A DNA stretch of 64,000 nucleotides from Octopus bimaculoides (lineage: Eukaryota): positions 67,064,210 through 67,128,209 of the forward strand of contig NC_068990.1 in assembly GCF_001194135.2 (NCBI RefSeq). The letters are read 5' to 3'. The position numbers and the translations under genes are program-made. The notes under the pieces were generated by a model, which had not been told where the DNA came from, did not search any database, and was given only the letters and a program-made list of their open reading frames with translations. The number at the start of each line of letters is the position of its first letter. The stretch's first letter is position 1. Positions 26,769 to 39,990 of the stretch are shown piece after piece.

Positions 26769-26935
26769 CATATATACGACGGGCTTCTTTTCAGTTTCCG
26801 TCTACCAAATCCACTCACAAGGCTTTGGTCGGCCCGGGGCTATAGTAGAAGACACTTGCCCAAGATGCCACGCAGTGAGACTGAACCTGGAACCATGTGG
26901 TTGGTAAGCAAGCTACTTACCACACAGCCACTCCT
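26495..26935 (-). mobile_element. Full-length, young SINE A (tRNA-like head + CORE-like segment + microsatellite + A2 tail)
   Basis: A box tggctgtgtgg, B box ggttcagtctc, CpGs retained, (CA)n hinge at 26700-26761. Confidence 0.9.
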
Positions 26936-26938
26936 ACA

Positions 26939-26974
<36 letters not shown>

Positions 26975-26984
26975 AACACACACC

Positions 26985-27160
26985 GCTTGGTGTTAGCGTG
27001 TTTGTATCCTGTAACTTAGAGGTTTGGCAAAAGAGACTGATAGAATAAGTACCAGGTTTAAAAATAAGCACTGGGATTGATTCATTTGACTAAAAAAAAA
27101 AATCCAACGCTGTGCCCGCAATCAAATGACTAAAACAAGTACACGATAAAAGATAAAAGA
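26985..27160 (+). mobile_element. SINE A2 tail
   Basis: gtaacttagaggtttggcaaaagagactgatagaataagtacc. Confidence 0.75.
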
Positions 27161-27289
27161 CACAATATTTGTAGGTGTGTGTGATTATTCCGATATTCAA
27201 GACATTCCTTTTCATTAAGGTGTTTGATAATAATTAAACTGTGTGTGCTCAATATATGCGCATGCACACATACATACATACATGATGGA

Positions 27290-27450
27290 TACCATCATAG
27301 TTTCTGTGTATCAAATTCCTTTTGGAATGCATTGGTCAGCCAAATGTTATGGTAGAAGAGAGTTAGCTAAAGTCCTGTGCAGTGTGACTGAACCCTAATT
27401 CATGTGGTTGTGAAGCAAATTCCTTGACCACACTGACATGCCTGTGCCAA
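27290..27450 (-). mobile_element. SINE A head, degenerate
   Basis: gtagaagag..gcagtgtgactgaaccc..gaccacactgacatgcc. Confidence 0.6.
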
Positions 27451-27674
27451 TATGAGTGAGTGTGTATGTATATGTGTGTGTGTTGTGTGTATGTATATGG
27501 GGAGGAAGTGCAGTTTGGTTGAACAGTTAATAATTTCACTCTTCAATCATGAGGCTCCATTTTCAATTTGGCAGCAAGGCATCTTGAACAAATGTCATTT
27601 TCTACAACTTCAGGCCAACCTAGTGATTGAACTTCAGTAGACAGAAACTGTATGGAAGTCTGTTACTTGGAATT

Positions 27675-27840
27675 CACAGGTACAACCTTGTGAGTGACAC
27701 ACTGTACCACATCAATTCTGCCAGAGGATAATTTTAAGGATACATGTGTCTGTGGAATACTCAGCCACTTCCAAGCTTATTCAATGAGTTAATGAGTGTA
27801 CCTGATTGAATAACTGAATGTTCATAATCGGAAATTCTGA
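27675..27840 (+). mobile_element. SINE D 3' tail
   Basis: ggatacatgtgtctgtggaatactcagccactt. Confidence 0.65.
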
Positions 27841-27929
27841 CCAAGATCCATTTATTTTCCTTATATAAATATACACACACTCAGATGTATATATATATCA
27901 ATATCATCACCATTTTACATCTATTTTAC

Positions 27930-28312
27930 CGAGCTCTCATGTCAGATAAAATTTGTGGAAGCAGATTTTCTATGGCTGGATGCCCTTCTTGTTGCCAACC
28001 TTCACCTGCTTTCAAGCAAGGTTATATTTTCCTCTTGGCCAGATATATTTCTAATGAAAGACTGGAAATGGACAACTTCACTTGTCTGTTAGTGATGCTC
28101 ATTTACAACAATCACATGATGCCAAGTCAGGGATATACACAGACACATACATATGATGGGCTTCTTTCAGTTTCCATCTTACAAATTTACTCACAAGGCT
28201 TTGATTGGCCAGGACTATAGTAGAAGACACCTGCTCAAGGAGGCAAGCAGTGTAACTGAACCTGGAACCACATGGTTGGGAAGCAAGCTTCTTAACTACA
28301 CAGCTATAATTT
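27930..28312 (-). mobile_element. Composite SINE: A head + C1 tail
   Basis: C1 27930-28140, (CA/TA) hinge, A head 28150-28312. Confidence 0.8.
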
Positions 28313-28964
28313 TGCATGTGTGTATGTCTAATAATATATGTTTCTACTGATTTGAATATATTTCTAGGCTTCAGAAATAACTCTATACAATGAAAATTCC
28401 ATTAAATGTACCATGTTGTTAACTAACCAGTTTTAAACTAATTATCTGAAAGAAGTTGAAAGACTTAAGACAAAGTTTTAAAAATTTGCTTTACCACAGG
28501 TCAGTTTTTTATAGGCTTATTTAAAAACCCAGGGCATAAATCAGATTAAATGGGGCTATGACTGTAGTTTATGAATGACATCTACAGAATGAATAATGTG
28601 ATCATTAATTATGTAACACAAATTTATTAGGACAAGTATTTGACAAAATTGCCAGAGAAGATATATTTGAAGCAGGTCCATCATTTCAATTATAACCAAT
28701 TAACCATGATAATTTGGGAAAATGAGTTTCATTTGTATTGCCCTATAATTTAATTATCACAAATTATTATAGAAATAAATGGACTTAACAATAATGGGTT
28801 CCTGCAAATGGATAAAGTTTTGTGTCTTTAGGATATTTTAGAGTATCCAAGATGGAACTGCTTCTCTGACTTAGCCAAAAATATTGCTCATTGGCATAAT
28901 ATGGGTTGTCACTGCCTGGGGCAAGGCAAATACTGGAGGGCAGTGTACCATTTTATATTTATCA

Positions 28965-29230
28965 TCATCATCCTTGTCATTGCATTAACGTCCATATTTC
29001 CATGCACATGTGGGTGGATAAAATTTGTTAAGGCTGATTTTCTTCAGCTCATGCTTTTCTTGTGTACCAACCTTCACCTGTTTTAAAGTAATAAAATAAT
29101 CCTTTATTCTATAAAAAAATTGAACTGTCTGGATAGAATTATCAAACTGTGAAGACAAGCCATGAAGCTTTTTTATGCTTTTAGAATTGGACAAGCATAT
29201 GACATCACCTGTAGGGATGACAAGAAGGGA
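28965..29230 (-). mobile_element. SINE C1 tail
   Basis: ttaacgtccatatttccatgcacatgtgggt. Confidence 0.7.
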
Positions 29231-29914
29231 ATAACTTACACAAACATATGCACACACACACAGAGGCAAACACACGTGTGCATATACATATATATATATG
29301 TGTGTGTATAAACAAATTGTTACTAAGGCAATGTCAAAACAAGGACACTTCACTCAAGCATACACACAGGCACACACAGAGGCAAACTTATATATAGTCA
29401 ATTCATATAAATGAATAATAAAATTAACAGACAACAAGAGGACGTGCACAAGAAATGTATTAGGTTGACAGTCAGCAAAATGAGAGAATTTGCCCTTTCA
29501 AGCATATCATGAAGCAGAAAGGGAAAAGTCCAAAGAAGGAAAAGAAATCGCCAGCAACATGTGTATAGCTATGTTGCTGAAATGCATGTATAAACACACA
29601 CATGTATATTCATCACAAAATCATTTATTAATATTTTGAGTGCATGTGATATGTATGTTTCAAGTGTTTATGTAACAAATTGTTACACAGATTCCATTCT
29701 TTTTCAGACATTATATGCAAAATACATTACATATATTTATAATAATCTAGCCTCTCCCAGATTGGATAATACGGTTACAATGCAATATGGGTATAGGGTA
29801 TAGAATATTGATCTGGATACAGAGTCAAAAATATTTGGTAAAGTGTATTGCATAAAGCATACTACTGGACATACATGACATGCATACATACACACACATA
29901 TGCACATATGATAT

Positions 29915-30040
29915 TCTTCTTTAGGTTCTGTTTACCAATTTTACTCATCAGGCATTGATCAACCTGTAGCCATAGTATAGAACATTAGCCAACAAGGTTT
30001 ATGCTGAGATTGAACTCATAACCAAATGGTTTCAAAGCTC
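29915..30040 (-). mobile_element. SINE A head, degenerate
   Basis: tagccatagtatagaac..gagattgaactc. Confidence 0.5.
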
Positions 30041-31452
30041 TGAAATTTTGCACCCAAAGCAACTACTCTTGTAGCCCTACCCACTCTACACTATTGATGT
30101 CAGAGAAATGATTCCAGTGAGGAATCAAAACTGTATTATAGTTTAAATGTGCAAAGATTTACCTCTGCACTATAATAGAAAATATCAACTGTTATGAAAA
30201 AGCAAAGTATCTTACTTGTTTCCCACGAGAGAAATGTAAAATAAATTGATTCAACTTCAAAATAATAATAGTAATATTTTTTTATTGAATATCCTCCGAT
30301 CAATAGGATAAAAAAGACTAAATAAGAGATAAATAAATTTATTTATTTAAGATTTGAATATATTTGAAAGGGATATATATGGCACCGGACTAGATACAAT
30401 AAAATACCCAACTCTTTAGAGTCAATATAATTTCAATAACTTTAAAGAACAGCATGAATCACAAAAATTCTTCATAGAGAATTTCCACCACCATTCAAAC
30501 ACACTGACATACACAAACCATATACAACAAACACAGATACACATAGGCATTTTGCAGAAATGTTGCAGTAATGTTTAGATAATGATGTTGATGATAATGA
30601 TGATCACATTGATAAAGAATATGATGATCATCATCATTATGATCATCATTACAGTATAAATGTTTTCTTTCAGTGAAGCACCCAGCCAAATTTTAAAGCA
30701 TTAATGGACCATGTTATATTACAGGTATCTATTTTATTGAAATTGTCTGAGAGTAGTTAACAGATAAAGTTAATGGGTTGCCAATGTAATTTTAAAATCA
30801 GAATTTTCAACCATCAAAATTTGATACAGTTAAGTGTTTTGACAGATTCTTTTCTATCTGGACCATCTCTATCACTCAAAGATGATTGGAATAAAATGAG
30901 TACAATGTAAAACTAATTTAGAATTTCTAAGTCTTATAGAAAAGTAGCAAAAGAAAAAAAAAATTGGAGAATTTTTTTTTTTAAATTTGAAAATAAAACC
31001 GGAATGACAAGGATATTTCTGAAATAGAAATTCAAAAAAAAAAAAAAATTTTTTTCGAGATAAAATAGAATGCAAACTAAATTAATAGAGTTTTTATTTT
31101 TCTCAAAAATGAAAAATAACTTCACTGAACTGACTGAGTAGTTTTACATTATAAATCTTATGTGAGTGGTGTTTGTGAAAGTGTATATTCTGTGAATTTG
31201 AAAATATAGGAGTATGTATGTAGGTTTACAGATAACTTTACATCTGTGTATATTTGCATGCAATTGCATATTTATATGTTCAAGCATAAGTATTGCTTCA
31301 TATGTGTGTGTGTATATATACATATATATATATTGATACACACACACACACTTTCCTAGAACTTATTTTCAATTCTGGATTTTGTTCCCAACACTTCCAA
31401 AAATATTCACTATCACTTCATCTGTCTCAGAATACATACATGCATGCATACA

Positions 31453-31505
<53 letters not shown>

Positions 31506-31734
31506 CAAGTTAGAGTTTACATACATGTTATACATACAAGTATAACAAGGTAGAATATTTCTAACTCATAGCATACCAGGGAAGCTATAACTAAAATGAA
31601 AGAAAAACATTAATTTAAAAATTTCCACCAGCAAATACACAGACTTGATTAAAAATGTTGTAAAGCCTCCTAAGATATGAATGTATTTTTAAATGTGTAA
31701 GTGTGTGTGTATGTGTGTGTGTGTGTGTATGAAT

Positions 31735-32057
31735 GGTAATCCGTGAGTTATGACAATGAGGGTTCCAGTTGATTCGATCAATGGAATAGCCTACTCATGA
31801 AATTAAGGTGCAAGTGGCTGAGTACTCCACAGACATGTGTACCCTTAACATAGTTCTCAGGGAGATTCAAAGTGACACAGAATGTGATAAAGCTGTTTTT
31901 TTGAAATACTGGTACTACTCATCTTTTCCAGCTGAGTGGACTGGAGCAAGCAACATGAAATAAAGTGTCTTGCTTAAGAACACAACACACAGCAGATAAG
32001 TGAACTCATGAACTTACAACCATAAACTAAATACCCTAACCACTGAGCCATGTGCCT
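31735..32057 (-). mobile_element. Full-length SINE D
   Basis: Reverse complement of 49965-50260. Confidence 0.85.
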
Positions 32058-32071
32058 TCTATACACACATA

Positions 32072-32105
<34 letters not shown>

Positions 32106-32164
32106 CACACACACACAGACACACACACACACAAACATACATAAACATGTGTATTCATCACTAC

Positions 32165-32575
32165 CGTCGTTTCAGCATCCAGTTTTTCATGCTTGTGTAA
32201 AGAGGAAGTTTATTGAGACTGGGTGCCTTTTCTGTTGCCAATCCTAACATGTTTCCCAGGCAAAAAATAAAATCTACCCATGTCTAGACTTGTTTTCAAG
32301 GAAAATTGGAAGTGACAGCCACTGCTTTCATTGTTGTGGCCCTCATTTACAACTCTTTGGTGATGTCAAAACAAGGACACTTCACTCAAACATACACATA
32401 TGCACATATGCATACAATGGTCTCCTTTCAATTTCCTTCCAACAAATCCACTCACTAGGCTTAAGTCAGCTCAGAACTACAGTAGAAAACAGGGCATGCA
32501 TTGAGAAGAACTGAACCCTAATTTGTGTGGTTGGGAAGCAAACCTCTTAACCACACAGCTATGCTATGCTGCCTG
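32165..32575 (-). mobile_element. Composite SINE: A head + C1 tail
   Basis: C1 32165-32400 and A head 32415-32575. Confidence 0.75.
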
Positions 32576-33859
32576 AGGGGTAAGTGGGATGAAGGATCTA
32601 TATATAGAGAGAAGGATCTATATGTGTGCGTAAATATATACAAACACACAGAATCATAGAACTCTGGTGAAATATCTAATGCACACATTGAATATGTGTT
32701 AAAAAATTTCATTATTTAAATATAGCTATAATTATAGACACTATTTTCAAATATAGACAGAATTTTGCAGTATTCATTAAGAAAATCTTTAAAAATCCAT
32801 AACCACTGTTCTGAAGTGAACTTATTGAATATTAAATTAATTAGAAATATCCAAGTGTTTTAAAATAATTTCCAAAATAACTCAATCTTATGACCCAGAA
32901 TATTTTTTTTTAACATTAATTACTTATGTATTTACTCAATGTATTGAACAGAAAATTATAGCCAGGAAAATCGACTGTAAACAGTATTTTGAACTTCTTA
33001 TAATATACTAACTTGCAGAAACTTTTCCTAAAATTGGAACCAGAACATTTTCTTTGATTTTTATTTTTGTTTCTCTACTTACCATTTGGTTTATTATCGA
33101 TTCCTATTTCTACTGTGTTCTTACAAAGCAGTAATTTGTGAGTAGATACACAGCATGGACAATTAGATATGATAATAAACTTGCCAGTTAACAAGATTTC
33201 TAATTATTCACATTGAAACAGCTTACTTATGCAAGTACTGTCACCTGAAAGCTCTGCATACAGAATGCCAATAGGTTTCAGAGCTCATCAGATAAGAATG
33301 CACATCGTTTTAGAGCCTTCCTCTCAACAGCTTTACAACACACAAGCCCCCACTCACTGATGAGGGACCCTGTCTACTGGATTAAGTGATTAGTGCGATC
33401 TTAATTCTTTCAGTTGGGGATCATCAGCACCATTTAACTTGTGGAATCAGGCAGGTCTGACTTGCTATGTAGGCAAACAGGTACCTGTATCACAGTTGTA
33501 CATCACTTTAACCAGATTTCATCATTCTGCTTGAACAATATCCAGTGGTTGGCTCTCTTTGGATTTTATTTGAGATGGTGTTTACTTGATGATGATTCAT
33601 ATCAATTGATAACAGCTATCCTCAAAGTCTGTTTCCAATAAAACTTCTACAAGAAAGTGTATGGCACTCCAACCAATGTCTTTACAATTTTCTAGTAACC
33701 ACATAACTCAGGTCTTTCTTGATTCTCATAAAATTTAAGAATGCGGATACCAGTATGTGATCACTCAGTCTGCTAGAAACAGCAGCCAAATATTTCCAGT
33801 AATCAGATCTTACTCTCTTTTGTTTAGTTAAATCTGAGCTGAAAGGTAAACAACTTCCT

Positions 33860-34073
33860 AATTTTCCTTACTTGCTTGGGTCAGATGGAATTTGTTAATG
33901 TAGATTTTCTATATCCAGATGCCCTTCCCGTTGCTAACTCTTATCTGTTTCCAAGCAAGATAATATTTCCCCATAGCTAGACATATTTTCAAAGAAGACT
34001 TGAAAATGAACAACACTGTTACTACGACAATTTTGCTTGTTAACAGGTATCATGTGATATCAAAACAAAGAGA

Positions 34074-34075
<2 letters not shown>
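33860..34075 (-). mobile_element. SINE C1 tail (matching A head at 35150-35220)
   Basis: gcttgggtcagatgg..ccagatgcccttcccgttgc. Confidence 0.7.
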
Positions 34076-34127
<52 letters not shown>

Positions 34128-34129
<2 letters not shown>

Positions 34130-35023
34130 GGAAAATAAAAGATAATAACAATAAGGCAGAATGCTAAACTGAAAGCATATTTTAATATAGATGTGCATAA
34201 GGAGGATTAAAAAGGATTTCTAACTGGCTTTCATTGCTTGACAAATTTTCAAGAGGAAAAAGGAAAATAACGTTTTTTACAAAAATATAAAAAAATATAT
34301 ATAAAAATAAATATACCAATACATTATATTGTCTTTGAGTTTTTAAAGTTCAATGGTAATCCATGTAGATAATTGTTAGATAGATTAGGATGCATGGAAG
34401 TAAGAATGGTGTTGTGTTTAAAAAAAGGCTGAGAGTTTATGTGTTAAACAAGAAGTGTGGTGTCAAAACAGGAAGTGTGTGTAAGGGAAGACACTTATGT
34501 GGGTATTATACTCTCTTCTCTCACCTACCCATTGAAATACATATAAATTTACTTCTTGTTTCTCTAAGAACAGACATAAACTTCCTGTTGACAAAGAGTC
34601 TAGGACTCCAACTAAAGAGTATAAAACCCACAGAATTGTCTTTCCTTACACACACTTCCTGTTTCGACACCACACTTCCTGTTTCGACACCACACTTCCT
34701 GTTTAACACACAAACTCTCAGCCTTTTTTAAACACAACCCCATTCTTAATTCCATACATCCTAATCTATCTAACAATTATCTACATGGATTACCATTGAA
34801 CTTTAAAAATTCAAAGGCAATATAATGTATTGGTATATTTATTTTTTTATATATTTTTTATATTTTTGTAAAAAACATTATTTTCATTTTCCCTCTTCTT
34901 GAAAATTTTCCATGCAATGAAAGCCGGTTAGAAATCCTTTTTAATCCTCCTTATGCACATCTATATTAAAATATGCTTTCAGTTTAGCATTCTGCCTTAT
35001 TATTATTATCTTTTATTTTCTTA
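34128..35023. mobile_element. Foldback / large MITE with ~370-bp terminal inverted repeats
   Basis: 34130-34495 is the near-perfect reverse complement of 34637-35021; TA at both ends. Confidence 0.9.
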
Positions 35024-35066
35024 TTATTTCTCCACGTGCGGTTAACACAAGCCCACCATTTACTGA

Positions 35067-35150
<84 letters not shown>

Positions 35151-35314
35151 CGACAGGATTCGTTCAGTTTCCATTGGTCAAATCCATGCACAAGGCTTTG
35201 ATCAGCCGAGAGCTAGTGTAGAGTATGCTAAGCAATTAAATTACAGGAAATCTATTCAAAGACATACAAAGCTGTTAAATTTACTTGAAATTTAAATTCA
35301 TTTCATGAAGACAC

Positions 35315-35712
35315 AGTCATGGCTGTGTGGTAAGAACCTTGTTTCCCAACCACATGGTTCTGGGACCAATCTCATGACATGGCACCTTGGGCAAATGTCT
35401 TCTACTATAGCCTCAGGCCAACCAAAGCCTTGTGAGTGGATTTGGTAGATGGAAACTGAAAGAAGCCCATCATGTATATATATATGTATGTGTGTGTGTG
35501 CCTTTGTGTCTGTGTTTGTTCTGCCTCCACCATCACTTGACAGCCGATGTTGGTGTATTTATATGCTCAAAACTTAGCAGTTCAACAAAATGGACTGATA
35601 GATTAAGTACTAGACTTATAAAGAATAAATCCTGGGGTTGATTTCTTCAACTAAAGGCAATGCTCCAGCATGGCCACACTCAAATGACTGAAATATGCTA
35701 AAAATTAAAAGA
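35315..35712 (+). mobile_element. Full-length SINE A (head + microsatellite + A2 tail)
   Basis: catggctgtgtgg..ggcaccttgggcaaatgtc..(TA/TG)n..gctccagcatggccac. Confidence 0.9.
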
Positions 35713-35945
35713 GGAAGTGTCAATATTTTTGTTACACAACTGTGACCTGGTCACTGACACAATTCCTCTGCAGCTGTTTGAAAGTCTGTTTTTAGGCTTT
35801 TATTTTCTTGTTTTTCATTTTGTTATCTTCATAAATATACATTGACTTTCACCTCCATCACATCAATCCTCTTTAGTCCCTTTGTTATTTTCATTTCTTG
35901 TCATCATTACTTTACATCTGATTTCTGTTCATTTTTGTGTTCTCT

Positions 35946-36160
35946 AAGGTGGTGAGCTGGCAAAATTATTAGCATACTGGGCAAAATGTTTAGCAGCATT
36001 TCATCCGACTTTACAGTCTGAGTTCAAATTCCACTTAAGTTGAGTTTGCCTTCCATCCTTTTGGGGGTTGACGAAATAAACATCAATTGAACACTGGGGT
36101 TAATGTAATCAATTTAGCCCCTTCCCTAAAATTGCTGGCCTTGTGCCAAAATTTGAAACC
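35946..36160 (+). mobile_element. SINE family B
   Basis: aaggtggtgagctggc...ggccttgtgccaaaatttgaaacc. Confidence 0.9.
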
Positions 36161-37085
36161 AGTCTTTCTTTTCTCTTATCTATTTAATGTAATTTTTATT
36201 TTATATTATTTTTTATATTCCCTGTTTTTGTTCTTTATGTACCAAAAATAATGAATATTAGAACATTTTTTTTCTGTGGTTTACAAGTCCTAGAAATTTG
36301 GTTCCTGCTGTATAATTTAGACCTTACAAAATTTGGAAAATGCTTGAGTTTCTTTTGTTTACTTGGCAGTCAACCATCTCCATTACATATGAAAATGTCA
36401 GTTCTACTATGCACTAACTGAACCCAGCTGTAAAGACTCAATCTTCAAATGATTGCACAATTTCAAGATACAGAAAGAGAATGGACTGTAAGTAAATTTG
36501 AACATTCTGATAGTGAAGCTACATTCTGTTCTAGATAGAAAAGCACTGATTCTCTGAGCAAAGTCTCCAAGACAAAATCAAACAAAACTTAAATACAGAA
36601 TGATGAAGGTGCAAGAGTTAAAGGTTGTTCCTAAGTATCTTATTGGCTCCTTCTGTAACAGAAGGACATTCAAGAAGACTTGTTGGAGGCTACTCAAAGA
36701 CCTACTATAAACTATTTTCTATATAAGCCTAATGATAACAAGCCATTGTATAGCCCTATACAATTCTCTTTATGTTCATATGATAGTATATGTACATATG
36801 TCTGTAGATACTTTATTCCTCCTTATATAAAATTTGCATCTGTACATGTATATATAACATATATATATAACATATAAATATATAAGTATGTATACATAAT
36901 ATGTAAATGTGTGTGTATAAATATATAAACATATATATGTTTTTCAGAATAAGCTAATTATATTTTCCAGAATGTGAATCAATGTCAGAATACTTCCTAA
37001 GATTTGAAATTCCATCACGTGAAATAGAAGAAAGCCACCTGTGGGCAAAAATTTTAGGAAGGTTTCCATCCCTATTGTGAAAAGA

Positions 37086-37087
<2 letters not shown>

Positions 37088-37146
<59 letters not shown>
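37088..37146. repeat. (TG)n microsatellite
   Basis: Perfect run. Confidence 0.98.
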
Positions 37147-37148
<2 letters not shown>

Positions 37149-37397
37149 TGATTTATTATTTTTTTTAAAACTTGTTATCTTTAATTACGGATATTCCCCT
37201 TCCTCAATATAATGGTGGGTGGGGAGGACAACATGGAATATAATGTTATTATATTCACATACGGAAGTGATGCAAAATAATAATAATGATAATAAAAATA
37301 AAAACAATATTATTGATATGGCTGCTATTGTGTCAAAGAATGCAGGTACGTCTACCTCTAATTATAACAGTAATAATAATAATGTCTTATATAAGTA

Positions 37398-37437
<40 letters not shown>

Positions 37438-37448
37438 ATAATAATAAT

Positions 37449-37658
37449 GGTTTTAAATTTCGCCACAAGGGCAATCATTTTGGAGGAGGGGATGAGTCAA
37501 TTACATCGGCCTCAGTGTTTCACTGGTACTTAATTTATTGACTCTGAAAGGATGAAAGGCAAATTCGACCATGGCAGAATTTCAACTCAGAATGTAGTAC
37601 CAAACAAAATACCACTAAGGATTTCCCCCCAGTGTGCTAACAATTCTGCCAGCTCACT
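37449..37658 (-). mobile_element. SINE family B
   Basis: Reverse complement of the B consensus, with (CTA)n(TAA)n at its tail. Confidence 0.85.
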
Positions 37659-37661
37659 AAG

Positions 37662-38050
37662 AAAAAAAATGCTTTCTAATTGATGTATCAATACCAGAAG
37701 ATGACAACGTTTCCCTAAAAGAAATGGAAAAACTTTCAAAATACAAAGACCTGGAAATAAAGGTAACTCGAATGTGGAATCTAAAAACAGAAACAATTCC
37801 TATCATAGTAGCTGCCTTAGGTATAATAAAAAAATATTCAGACAAATACACAACAAAAACACCAGGACTTACAAATATATATAACATACAGAAAATTGCA
37901 CTACTGGGCACTGCACACATCCTACGCAAAACACTTTCAATACAGTAACCATAAGAGCATCACAGCAAACCACAGCACATACCCAAGGCACACAGAGCTG
38001 CGCTCGGTAGTGAAGTGAAAGCACGTTATAAAAGTAAAACTACTGAACAA
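37662..38050 (+). mobile_element. R4/Dong-like LINE, 5'-truncated, intact RLE C-terminus plus 3' UTR
   Basis: Open frame KCFLIDVSIPEDDNVSLKEMEKLSKYKDLEIK..IQKIALLGTAHILRKTLSIQ*; ends in (TAA)n. Confidence 0.85.
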
Positions 38051-38072
38051 CAATAATAATAATAATAATAAT

Positions 38073-38286
38073 GGTTTCAAATTTTGACATAAGGCCAGCA
38101 ATTCTAGGAGAGGGGCCTAGTCCATTATATCGACCTCACTGCTCAGCTGGTACTTATTTTGTTGACCCTGAAAGAATAGAAGGTAAAGTTGACCCTGGTG
38201 GAATTTGAACTCAGAATGAAGTGATGAGTGAAATGCCACTAAGCAATTTTCCCCATGTGCTAATGATTCTGCCAGCTCACTGCCTT
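38073..38286 (-). mobile_element. SINE family B
   Basis: Reverse complement of the B consensus, (TAA)n on both sides. Confidence 0.9.
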
Positions 38287-38308
38287 AATAATAATAATAA
38301 TAATAATA

Positions 38309-38352
<44 letters not shown>

Positions 38353-38538
38353 AATAATAATAGTGATAGAATATTACATCTGAACTGAACCTAGCAGATT
38401 TAGCTATAATAATAATATTGATATTTTTACACAAGCATGGAAACCTAGAAAATAGTGCTTGAAAGCTGATAATCACAATGATTATAATGAGGTCAATAAT
38501 GATAATGATGAAAAGGCTGCTGCTGCTACTGTTGAGAT

Positions 38539-38570
<32 letters not shown>

Positions 38571-38678
38571 TATCTATTTCTACACCAACATGAAAACCTT
38601 AGAAATAGTATTGGTGACCAGATAATAATTGTAATGACAATGTTGAAGACGATAATGAAATTGAAGCTGCTGTGAGCT

Positions 38679-38721
<43 letters not shown>

Positions 38722-38899
38722 GCAGATGATGATGATACCAAGTGGTTTCTTTTATGTGATATATCTTGGGAAGAGTGTGAACATTTCATTAAGATGATTC
38801 AGATTAGTATAAAGATCAAATATAACATTTTTGCATTATTGATATGCCACACTGCTACAATATCATATCAAAGTAACATGGCCATCTCTTTCACTCACT

Positions 38900-38953
<54 letters not shown>

Positions 38954-38960
38954 TACACCT
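38286..38960. repeat. Cluster of (TAA)n, (GAT)n, (TTA)n and (CT)n microsatellites
   Basis: Direct reading. Confidence 0.9.
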
Positions 38961-39224
38961 GTTTACCTTTTTTTGTTATCCTTTCTTCTTTCCTTTTAGA
39001 CAACACCGTACAGAAAAGGATAGAAAACAGAAGAGGAAAGAAAGGGAAGTTAACGGAAAGGAAAAATGAAAAGCAAAAAATGAGAGGTGTGGCAGGGAGA
39101 ATGTAAATAATTAAATAAGTATATGAATAAGATAAAAATGAGAGATTGGAATTCGTCTTGTCGGTACTTATCTTTAATTCATCAGAAACTAGAGATGATA
39201 CATTTGATGGCAAGTACAAACCTG

Positions 39225-39261
<37 letters not shown>

Positions 39262-39299
39262 GTTATTGCAAATGTATCACAAATATAACCAATATCTTC

Positions 39300-39990
39300 T
39301 TTTAGTTTTCCTGAGGGCATTTAACCGGAGACTAGATAATTTCTGGAAATTTGACTGGTAAGAATTTCTGGAAATTATTCCGTATCCACGTAAATATTGC
39401 TGGTTAGACATTAACTCTACCGGCATGTAAGTGCTATCAATCAGAGTAGATGGATTTGTGTACAGACTAATATAAACCATTCTGCATGCAGTCTTTCTCT
39501 GTCTGAACATTAATGATTTGTGGGGTGATATCAAAGAGCTGCTATGGCATGTAAGAGGGAACTGGTAATTGGTCAAGTCCATGCTGAAAATTGCTTCACT
39601 GCATTACTTTGGTCAGAAAAGACAAGAAGGTTTTCTTCCTGAAGTGTTTGGTAGGTATCAAGAAAGAAGTTGCATGGTGAACACAGTTGAAATGACTAAA
39701 AACAGACACATCTTTGGTGAAATCCTTTATCATTATTTTAGCTCCCCTTGAAGAGAGTGGAAATGGTGGTACTGCCTTCCAATAAATTTGTTAAAATGTG
39801 GGTGAAAGTGTTAAGCATTAATGGGTTTACTTTCAAAATGTATCAGTAGGCCTAGGAGAAACAGCTATGAGAGGGCACTTACCCCCAGGGAGTTAAGACC
39901 AATCTTGGATGTGTGGGACAGCTTGTTGACTGCTCCCACAACATGGGTGACAGTCATCCTTTAGGGGCTTTATCATATATGTTTACAGTG
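39300..39990 (-). mobile_element. Possible degenerate CR1/L2-like reverse transcriptase remnant
   Basis: Weak frameshifted motifs VVGAVNKL, YWKAV..SVFS, IFTWIRNNF..FL. Confidence 0.3.

Noticed and set aside
26860-26935. tRNA genes at the SINE A and D heads (also a remnant at ~4935-4995)
   Set aside because: Only A/B boxes are present; no cloverleaf could be completed, and they continue into SINE bodies
28831-29086. Open frame DILEYPRW...MGCHCLG after a tttag acceptor
   Set aside because: No good donor; the frame runs into a SINE C1 tail
34651-34709. CRISPR-like 20-bp repeats
   Set aside because: Tandem with no spacers, inside a eukaryotic foldback element
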